Shown here: in pieces, positions 44,290-51,128 of the stretch | Layout: each line of letters starts with the position of its first letter | Position numbering within the stretch: the first letter of the stretch is position 1 | Assembly: GCA_047616585.1 (NCBI GenBank) | Contig: JBLHGD010000001.1 | Span: 1 to 51,128, forward strand | Origin: Candidatus Azotimanducaceae bacterium | Lineage (GTDB): Bacteria; Patescibacteriota; Minisyncoccia; Phycocordibacterales; UBA918 | DNA: 51,128 nt | Reading direction: 5' to 3' | Translations under genes and position numbers: made by a program | The notes under the pieces: generated by a model | The model's database searches: none | Told to the model about the DNA's origin: nothing | What the model saw: the letters and a program-made list of their open reading frames with translations, nothing else

Positions 44290-45387
44290 CTAGCAATTCA
44301 TCAATAACGATTTAAACCTGCTTGCAATAGCTGGTTTTGAAAAGTGCCGAACCCACGCACGCTCAGAAGCTTGAAACGCAGAGTATTTTTCTGCATCAAG
44401 TAAAAGTTCTCTAATGCCCTGTGCAATAGAGTCCGTTTCTGGATACGTAAAAAGATACGGAGCGGCGTAGGGAGGAGCTGTTTCTCGAACTCCACCAACA
44501 TCATACGACACAAAAGGAAGATCATACGCCATTGCCTCAATAAGCGAGTGCGGTGAGCCAGCACCTTCCGACGGCATGACAAACACATCTGCAGACTGTA
44601 GTAATTCTTCCACCACCTCGCGAGAAGCGTATCCGAGCATGTGCATCTTTTTTGAAAGACCGAGTGCAGCGAACTCTTCAGTGATTGAATCACGTAAGTT
44701 TCCATCCCCTGCAATTAGCATATGCACATCTGTGGTATGCAGCTCCTTTAGAATTTGAGGCAACAAATGTGCTCCATACCGCCTTGAGAGTGTATGCACG
44801 AACAAGAGTATTTTTGTGTCGCCTGAAACACCAAATTGTTCTCGAACTTTTTCTCTCGCACGCGTGTCACGATTGACCTGATCGAGGTCAATCCAATTTG
44901 GAATGATCATTATCTGATCACGTGTAAGACCATACGTTTTCATGTAGCCCGCAGCAACAGCCTCTACACCCGTCACAAGATAATCTATACACTTATACGC
45001 AAACTTCTCATACAAACCTTGAAACAAAGCACGTTTGTACATCCAGGGCTGTCCACAATTCCAATAGTAAACGGTACCACCAAAAATTTTGGTAACGATG
45101 CCCGCAGAAATTGCACTTAGAAAAGAATAGTGTACATAAAATATTTTATGTCCCCGCGCTCGCAAGGAGAGAAGCATAAAAAAATTCTCGAGTATGCGCA
45201 ACGGTGCAAAATGAAATCGTTGCGCCACACACCATTTTTTTTCTGCAGCACTCAATTTTCCCTTCTCTATAAACAATGTCAACGGGAGACCTTCATCAAA
45301 CCGAAGTGTACGGGCCATCTCATGCACATAATCCATGTGTGTTCCTGAGCTGTGCTGCTGCATTACAAAACAGATTTTCTTATTCAT
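44290..45387 (-). CDS. Glycosyltransferase, GT4 family
   Basis: 365 aa with ADVFVMPSEGAGSPHSLIEAMAYDLPFVSYDVGG. Confidence 0.85.
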   Translation of the reverse strand: MNKKICFVMQQHSSGTHMDYVHEMARTLRFDEGLPLTLFIEKGKLSAAEKKWCVAQRFHFAPLRILENFFMLLSLRARGHKIFYVHYSFLSAISAGIVTKIFGGTVYYWNCGQPWMYKRALFQGLYEKFAYKCIDYLVTGVEAVAAGYMKTYGLTRDQIMIIPNWIDLDQVNRDTRAREKVREQFGVSGDTKILLFVHTLSRRYGAHLLPQILKELHTTDVHMLIAGDGNLRDSITEEFAALGLSKKMHMLGYASREVVEELLQSADVFVMPSEGAGSPHSLIEAMAYDLPFVSYDVGGVRETAPPYAAPYLFTYPETDSIAQGIRELLLDAEKYSAFQASERAWVRHFSKPAIASRFKSLLMNC

Positions 45388-46097
45388 GTAGTAATTACAT
45401 TAGTGAGCTGTTTCAGATCATCAATCACATACTGTGCTTCAACATCTTTTGGACCAATATTTTTCCGTAATACACCTGGACGGTCGACAAAAACAGTGGT
45501 CATGCCAAGCGATTTTGGATGCATAATGTCGTCGTTAATCTGATTCCCGACTACTGCAATATGTTCTGGAGCAACAGCAATAGTATCAAGTAGTGCGTGC
45601 CAAAAACGTACATCCTGCTTCTGAAATCCTACATCGGTCGCTGCAAATATCGTATCAAAGTATTCTAAAATCCCCGTGTTCTGAAGTAATTGCTTTCGTG
45701 ACTCAACAGTATTTCCACTTGCAACAATAAGAGTAACCTTCTTTGCTTTGAGTGCATCCAGGCACTCAATCACATCAGGAAAAAGCGCTGGTTCCTTATG
45801 TGAATCACTGTAGGCATTACTCCAAGCTTCTGCGAGAGTAACTGCCTCTGCATCACTTACTTCAATGCGCAAATGCTCCCCCATGCGGAGCATATACCAA
45901 GCGATGTCACCCTTACATTCTTTGTTATCTTTTACTTCATCATTTACTGCAAAAAATGTATCAATGGTGCGTTGCATTTCCGATACGTTTTCACCGAATT
46001 TCCACGCTACAGCAAGGGCCTGCACCTTCAAACGATCGGCCTCTTCTATAAGCGTCCCGTCAACATCAAAAATTACATGTGAAATATTAGAAGTCAT
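45384..46097 (-). CDS. HAD-superfamily hydrolase/phosphatase
   Basis: 237 aa with motif I VIFDVDGTLIEE, and later SGN and GNQINDD motifs. It has a 4-nt overlap with the downstream GT4 gene. Confidence 0.85.
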   Translation of the reverse strand: MTSNISHVIFDVDGTLIEEADRLKVQALAVAWKFGENVSEMQRTIDTFFAVNDEVKDNKECKGDIAWYMLRMGEHLRIEVSDAEAVTLAEAWSNAYSDSHKEPALFPDVIECLDALKAKKVTLIVASGNTVESRKQLLQNTGILEYFDTIFAATDVGFQKQDVRFWHALLDTIAVAPEHIAVVGNQINDDIMHPKSLGMTTVFVDRPGVLRKNIGPKDVEAQYVIDDLKQLTNVITT

Positions 46098-46099
46098 TG

Positions 46100-46717
46100 C
46101 TATTGTTCCAGGAATTTGAATGTCACAAACCCTTCAGCGTGTTCAACATGTGACTGGTACCCTCTATAGAGATTCAGCCCTTCAATAGACTTAATCTTCA
46201 AAATTTGTTTCTCTCCTTGGCTCTCGTGCACTTTAATCGATTCAAGCTTTTTGTCTATGTGGTCACTGATATCAACCCAATATGTTGCGTTAAAAGAATT
46301 GTAACTTGATGGTCCTTCGTATTCTAGAATTTGTTTTACTTTCCGACATGCTGATTTACTTGCGTTTGAGGTAATCCGATGGTCTTGATGAGTATCCATT
46401 CCATATGGTACATATACACGATCAGGTTTCAGTGTCCCGACAACTTTTTCAATTTTCTGAATCAATTCAAAACCTTCAGGTATCTCAGTATCTTGATACG
46501 CCCAACACTCGAGTTTTACACCTAAAATATTTGCAGCAGCAACTGCTTCATTACAACGAATATCAGACAAATCGCCAGTAATAGCATCACCTCCTCTGCC
46601 GCCGCCGGTTAAGATCAGAATCGTAACCGTATCTCCATCTGCGATATGTTTGAGTAACGCACCTCCACAGCCGATCTCTATATCATCAGGGTGTGCTCCA
46701 ATTGCCAATACATTCAT
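46100..46717 (-). CDS. PIG-L/LmbE-family N-acetylglucosaminyl deacetylase
   Basis: 205 aa with VLAIGAHPDDIEIGCGGALLKH and HQDH motifs. Confidence 0.9.
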   Translation of the reverse strand: MNVLAIGAHPDDIEIGCGGALLKHIADGDTVTILILTGGGRGGDAITGDLSDIRCNEAVAAANILGVKLECWAYQDTEIPEGFELIQKIEKVVGTLKPDRVYVPYGMDTHQDHRITSNASKSACRKVKQILEYEGPSSYNSFNATYWVDISDHIDKKLESIKVHESQGEKQILKIKSIEGLNLYRGYQSHVEHAEGFVTFKFLEQ

Positions 46718-46722
46718 AATTA

Positions 46723-47685
46723 TTAATCTAATTTTTTATACTCGTAATATCCTAAAACAGTGACCTCACTCCACTCTTGTTCCTCTAAACGCTCTCCGGT
46801 GTGTTCTCGTAACATATTCTTCACGGGATTAATTCCCGCTGCGACACTGATCGGGAGCCCGCCTGAAAGTCGTGGATTGATCTCTATAAATCGAGGTGTC
46901 CCTTCTTGGTCTGCTTTAAACTGCACGCAAACTGGTCCTGCACATGATAACGTCGATAGCACCTTTTTGGTTGCGTCCAAAACAGCCTGATGCTTTACAG
47001 TCTTCCCTTTAATTGAAATACCGCCAGCAAGTCCGAGACGTTCTCGAGGCACGGTGTACACAAGCGTGCCGTCACCACCTATGTATGCATCGACAGTCCA
47101 TTCTATACCTTCAACTAACTCCATTACAATCAAAGACTCGGGGTCTAAGGAGAGTTTTTGTAAATTGAAAATTTCGTCTTTTGAAACAACTGAACATCCT
47201 CGTGTTCCTCTGCCCTGCCTGGGTTTGATAAACTGCTGTGCTTGATCGCTCCATTGCGGCGTCCACGCTGAAAGTACTGTCCACTTGATAGCATGCTCAG
47301 GTATATTTTTCTCAGCCCATTCATATGCTATTTTTTTATCGTCACCCACAGCGATTGCCTCAGCCTCTGACATGACTACAGTGCACGGAAGCGTATCTTT
47401 AAACACCAACAGAACTGGCAGCTCTTCGTGCACTGTTGGAATAAGAATGTCTACACTGTGCTCCTCAACAGTTTTTCGTATCCACGCTTCATACTCACTT
47501 TTTTCAGACACGTTGGGCGACACTAGAAATACATCAACAAAAAATCTCCCAGAAGAATTTTCGTCTATATCACACCCAATAACAAAAACATCAGGTTCAT
47601 CTTTTAAAAGCCGCACGGTGTTAACCCCAGCGGGGCCTCCGATTCCCGTTACTAATACAATTTTTTTATTCTCTTGCGTCTGCAT
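46723..47685 (-). CDS. ATP-grasp domain ligase
   Basis: 320 aa with an N-terminal Rossmann-like KIVLVTGIGGPAGVN and a C-terminal ATP-grasp core (VMELVEGIEWTVD..., FIEINPRLSGG). Confidence 0.8.
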   Translation of the reverse strand: MQTQENKKIVLVTGIGGPAGVNTVRLLKDEPDVFVIGCDIDENSSGRFFVDVFLVSPNVSEKSEYEAWIRKTVEEHSVDILIPTVHEELPVLLVFKDTLPCTVVMSEAEAIAVGDDKKIAYEWAEKNIPEHAIKWTVLSAWTPQWSDQAQQFIKPRQGRGTRGCSVVSKDEIFNLQKLSLDPESLIVMELVEGIEWTVDAYIGGDGTLVYTVPRERLGLAGGISIKGKTVKHQAVLDATKKVLSTLSCAGPVCVQFKADQEGTPRFIEINPRLSGGLPISVAAGINPVKNMLREHTGERLEEQEWSEVTVLGYYEYKKLD

Positions 47686-48778
47686 ACCATTGCATATTCT
47701 TCTTTGCTAGTGTATCAAATGCCCAGACTTTTGCCTCTTTTTGTCCGTTTTGCGCAATCTCTTCCCAAAATGTATCATCAGCAAATAATCGCTTCGTTTC
47801 TCGAACGAGTGCATCGGTATCATTTATCTCTGTGACCAATCCAGTTTCGTTATGCCGAACCGCTTCGCTTGCACACCCTGTATCTGTGGTCACTACCGGA
47901 CAACCCGAAGCCATCGCCTCAATCATCGGCATACCCCACCCTTCCCAGTCAGCAGTATGCACATAACAATGCGAAGTTCTATAGAGTTCGACTAATTTAT
48001 TCTGATCAACCATTCCATGAAACGTCACCTTTGACTGCATAGCATGATCCTCAAAGAATTTCTGCATATCTTCTTTAAGAAACCCGTCACCTGCTATATC
48101 AATAGTCACTTCTGAAAAAGCATCAGACACTTCTTTGACCACCTCACAAAAAAGCATCGGGCATTTCTCATGAATCAGACGTTGTGCAAAGAGGATACTT
48201 CGTTTGCGTTCTTTATTTTCTCCTTGCGTAAAAAGAGTTAGATCGGTCCCGATAGGAATTGAAATAATCCGCTCTGCTGGAATCGCATAATTTGCCACAA
48301 GCTGCCGCTTCAAACGCTCACTAACCGCACGAACCGCATCAGCTCTGCGTAGTAGAAACTTTCCGACGATATTCATTACACGATTAAATGTTCCGACGTC
48401 ACTCTTGAACCAACGCGGATTATCAAGATGATCACCATGCACCTGCACATACAACTTTAATTTGTGCAAACGGGAAACGACATATCCTGTTACGCCTGCA
48501 TACAACACATCCTGTGTCGTCACAAGTGTAAATGAATTTTGTTTCGCCTGTTTGTTTGCCTCAAAAAAACCGTTTAAAAACGCTGTGACAAGTGACTTCC
48601 CTCCAGCAATAATAACTGTGCTTTGCCCGATTGAGATTTCTTTCCTCTGACCCACGTTAATTACAATATGCGTAAATGAATGATACGAATCATACATAAC
48701 AAAACGCTTATATAGCTGAGATCCTTCTTCAGCAACTGATGAGTCCCTTCCGATCGATAGAATATTACGTCTTTCCAT
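47666..48778 (-). CDS. Glycosyltransferase, GT4 family
   Basis: 370 aa with CYVHTADWEGWGMPMIEAMASGCPVVTTDTG. Confidence 0.85.
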   Translation of the reverse strand: MERRNILSIGRDSSVAEEGSQLYKRFVMYDSYHSFTHIVINVGQRKEISIGQSTVIIAGGKSLVTAFLNGFFEANKQAKQNSFTLVTTQDVLYAGVTGYVVSRLHKLKLYVQVHGDHLDNPRWFKSDVGTFNRVMNIVGKFLLRRADAVRAVSERLKRQLVANYAIPAERIISIPIGTDLTLFTQGENKERKRSILFAQRLIHEKCPMLFCEVVKEVSDAFSEVTIDIAGDGFLKEDMQKFFEDHAMQSKVTFHGMVDQNKLVELYRTSHCYVHTADWEGWGMPMIEAMASGCPVVTTDTGCASEAVRHNETGLVTEINDTDALVRETKRLFADDTFWEEIAQNGQKEAKVWAFDTLAKKNMQWYADARE

Positions 48779-50135
48779 TATCTTCTGTCTTATTTACTGA
48801 TCCAAATGCGAGCTCAATGCTATCACGAAACGAACGGTAATAGGTAACCTCGTCCTCTTGCAGTCTTGTTTTCACTACATCCTGTGCAGCTGCTTTGTAC
48901 TGCATCCGAAGCCCGGTGTTATTGAGAAATGCTGCAACATATTGCGCCAGTGTGTGCACATCCCCCACTGCACACAAAGTCGCTGACACACCATCCTCGA
49001 ATAAATCAACACGCGTATCGGTTTCATACATAATCATCGGAAGGCCCACAGCTGCCGCCTTAAAGACAATCTCTTCTCCTTCATTTGAGACATCTGTTTG
49101 TATAAGCACATCTGCGGTTTTAAGATACGATGTAAGATCATTCGTTGATGATAAAAAAATTACGTTCTTCTTAACTCCTAACAATTCAACTTTCTCTTCA
49201 AAGAGCTTTTTTGCTGGCCCGTCTCCAATAATGATGAGGCCTATTTTTGGATTATGTAATACATCATTTAGCGCTGAAAAGGTATCATGCAAATGACTGT
49301 CTGAAGTGAGCGGTCCAAACGCAAGGATAGTAAACACAAAGTCTGAATATTTTTCATGCACATCAAACGATGGTTTTGCATCAATAAGCATTTTGAAGTT
49401 ATGGAACTGTGGCAGAATTGAGATGTCTGAAACAGAAGTATATTTCTGTTTGAGCGTATCCCTAAGTGCTTGTGTACTTACACGCACGCTTTGTGCGCGT
49501 TTCAGTACATAATCTGCAATTTTTCTACGCCATACATTTCCCTTCTCTTGTTTTGTATATGAATCTTTATAAAAATTCTGAAAAATGTGTACCTGAAATG
49601 GACGATGGAACTCACGTGAAATATTATAAGCTGCAAGACCAGACTCAAATGGATCGAGCGCAACAATAAGGTCTGGACGGAAACTGCCGTTAAACACAAG
49701 CTGTTCTTTCGCCTTGGTAACTGCCGCGAACGGCAACATCCACCACAGCTGTGCAGTGACACCATACACCCATACATTTCCAACAATACGCTTAGGTTTT
49801 TGGAAATCTCTAAGCGGAACCAACACCATGATGTGCATTTCATCGAAAAAGTTTGCAAGCGGCAGGAGCGTTCTAATCGACATACTATTTTTCTCTAAAA
49901 ACGCGACGTCACGAGTAACAAATAAGATACGTGACATCGTTCGATCTCCGTTCTTCTGTAATATATGCTCTCCCGTAAGTTCTTCCGCAACAGGGATAAG
50001 GTTTGCTTCACGCTTTTTTATTTCTTCTGGCGTACCCGCGTCAAGAATATCATTGAGCGTTGCCTCAGAACGCTTTGCCTGGTCATACCAAAGTTCGTCG
50101 TGCTGTTTTTCAAGTATCGTTTTTTCTAACTTCAT
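48765..50135 (-). CDS. GT4-like glycosyltransferase with an N-terminal extension of about 65 aa
   Basis: 456 aa. The GT-B core begins near MSRILFVTRD, and the C-terminal ADVLIQTDVSNEGEEIVFKAAAVGLPMIMYETD is a degenerate EX7E region. Confidence 0.72.
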   Translation of the reverse strand: MKLEKTILEKQHDELWYDQAKRSEATLNDILDAGTPEEIKKREANLIPVAEELTGEHILQKNGDRTMSRILFVTRDVAFLEKNSMSIRTLLPLANFFDEMHIMVLVPLRDFQKPKRIVGNVWVYGVTAQLWWMLPFAAVTKAKEQLVFNGSFRPDLIVALDPFESGLAAYNISREFHRPFQVHIFQNFYKDSYTKQEKGNVWRRKIADYVLKRAQSVRVSTQALRDTLKQKYTSVSDISILPQFHNFKMLIDAKPSFDVHEKYSDFVFTILAFGPLTSDSHLHDTFSALNDVLHNPKIGLIIIGDGPAKKLFEEKVELLGVKKNVIFLSSTNDLTSYLKTADVLIQTDVSNEGEEIVFKAAAVGLPMIMYETDTRVDLFEDGVSATLCAVGDVHTLAQYVAAFLNNTGLRMQYKAAAQDVVKTRLQEDEVTYYRSFRDSIELAFGSVNKTEDNGKT

Positions 50136-50192
50136 GCTTTTGTCCTTCTATTATATACGCTTTATATGTGTGAAATTGATATGTACTCCCCG

Positions 50193-51128
50193 TTATCGTA
50201 TAACTTCATGCAAAATCTGTGTCAATTCCTTGCTCACAACTTCCTTTGAAAACTCTCGAGAACGAACGCGCGCATTTTGCGTCAGTTGTGTACGCAAATG
50301 CTCGCTCTCTAAGATACGCTTAACCGCAAGAGAGAGTGAATCAAGGTCATTTGGATCACACAAAAGCGCATGCACACCGTCAGTAAGAATCTCACGATTA
50401 CCGGCTATGTTTGTGGTGACAATCGGTATTCCCAACTCCATAACCTCCAGAAGCTGATGCGGTAAACCTTCGTAAGAAGTATTGTACACAAACGCGTCAG
50501 CGCCCTTAATTGCAGCTCCGAGTGCCTCTTTTGATAAGCGACCCACAAAACGTACCCTATGGGCTACGCGCAACTCCATTGCCTTACGCTCAAGCGATTC
50601 TTTTGCTTCGCCGTCACCCGCAACTACCAGCACAAGGTCTGGAATTTCCTGTTCGAGTTTCGCAACCATTTCAATAAGGGAGCTTACTCCTTTCCATGGA
50701 GTAAGCCGAGCTGCGGTTATTAATACAGGTCCGTTGTATTCCAAACGCTTGCGCAAGACTTCTTGTGTCTCAGTAACCGGCAGTGGGAACAAAGCGCTAT
50801 ACACAACCTTTATCTTTTCAGTGCGCACTCCCCACGTACTAATAATTTTTTTGAGATACTCGCTTGGCGCAATTACCAATTGAGCTCGACACACTACAAA
50901 ACTTTGTATACGAGCAAGAACGCGCACCATGATCGGCCTACCAGAGGTGTCCGCCGTATACTCATCGAGTGACATTGCGAGCCCAAATCTAATGCGTCCT
51001 TGTTCCCAGGCATAATCACCTCCTAATCGTATAAGAAATGGTTTTCGAGTAAGGTAGCTCACTAACAGCGCTGGCAAACCGACACTGACCGAATCAAGTG
51101 CATATATTGCATCACATTTTCTAACCAT
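50193..51128 (-). CDS. Glycosyltransferase, GT4 family (N-terminus beyond the right window edge)
   Basis: Partial ORF of 311 aa with ADAFVYNTSYEGLPHQLLEVMELGIPIVTTNIAG. Confidence 0.85.
   Translation of the reverse strand: MVRKCDAIYALDSVSVGLPALLVSYLTRKPFLIRLGGDYAWEQGRIRFGLAMSLDEYTADTSGRPIMVRVLARIQSFVVCRAQLVIAPSEYLKKIISTWGVRTEKIKVVYSALFPLPVTETQEVLRKRLEYNGPVLITAARLTPWKGVSSLIEMVAKLEQEIPDLVLVVAGDGEAKESLERKAMELRVAHRVRFVGRLSKEALGAAIKGADAFVYNTSYEGLPHQLLEVMELGIPIVTTNIAGNREILTDGVHALLCDPNDLDSLSLAVKRILESEHLRTQLTQNARVRSREFSKEVVSKELTQILHEVIR

Noticed and set aside
49714-50457. 247-aa plus-strand ORF spanning the junction of two GT4 genes
   Set aside because: It is antisense to two well-supported glycosyltransferase frames, and the translation is Ser/Cys/Arg-rich with no motifs.
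1-51128. Alternative genetic code (UGA recoding, as in some CPR lineages) and mobile elements
   Set aside because: Long uninterrupted ORFs with recognisable full-length proteins are obtained with the standard code. TGA is used as a stop, for example in the ATGA overlaps. No transposase, integrase, or inverted terminal repeats bracketing a segment were seen.

Overview
The window is about 51 kb of a low-GC, tightly packed bacterial chromosome with most genes on the minus strand. The gene content suggests a CPR/Patescibacteria-like organism, though this lineage call is inference. It rests on a Lys/Ala-rich histone-H1-like protein, membrane-tethered HTH proteins next to a giant beta-helix surface protein, and many apparently leaderless genes.

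The left third (1-12.7 kb) holds housekeeping genes: gatB, obg, secA and murB, plus a TVP38/DedA-like protein and a DUF360 membrane protein. It also holds a large secreted beta-helix protein (1-2185, minus strand) that is missing from the supplied ORF track because its stop lies outside the window.

From about 12.7 kb to the right edge there is one very large cell-surface glycan locus:
- an O-antigen-ligase/TPR protein and a Wzx-like flippase;
- about eight GT4-type glycosyltransferases;
- a GT2/GtrA/GT-C lipid-carrier module;
- several nucleotide-sugar pathways. These are WecB, a His-for-Lys sugar 3-dehydratase plus an SDR, a six-gene dTDP-2,6-dideoxy-3-C-methylhexose-like operon, Gmd plus two methyltransferases, and a UGDH-like protein plus a 4-epimerase;
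- a HAD/PIG-L/ATP-grasp module.

The best candidates for an undescribed system are:
1. a translationally coupled triad at 16.2-19.8 kb: an exported CotH kinase-like/beta-helix protein, a VTC polyphosphate-polymerase domain protein and a DUF4956 membrane protein;
2. a GC-rich orphan gene with its own SD and terminator inside the glycan locus (22.5-23.1 kb);
3. paralogous membrane-anchored HTH proteins coupled to the surface protein;
4. a structured roughly 200-nt obg-gatB spacer;
5. two perfect 32-nt palindromes, each placed directly after a housekeeping-gene terminator.

No rRNA, tRNA, CRISPR array, transposase or integrase was seen. All family assignments come from motif recognition by eye, with no database search.
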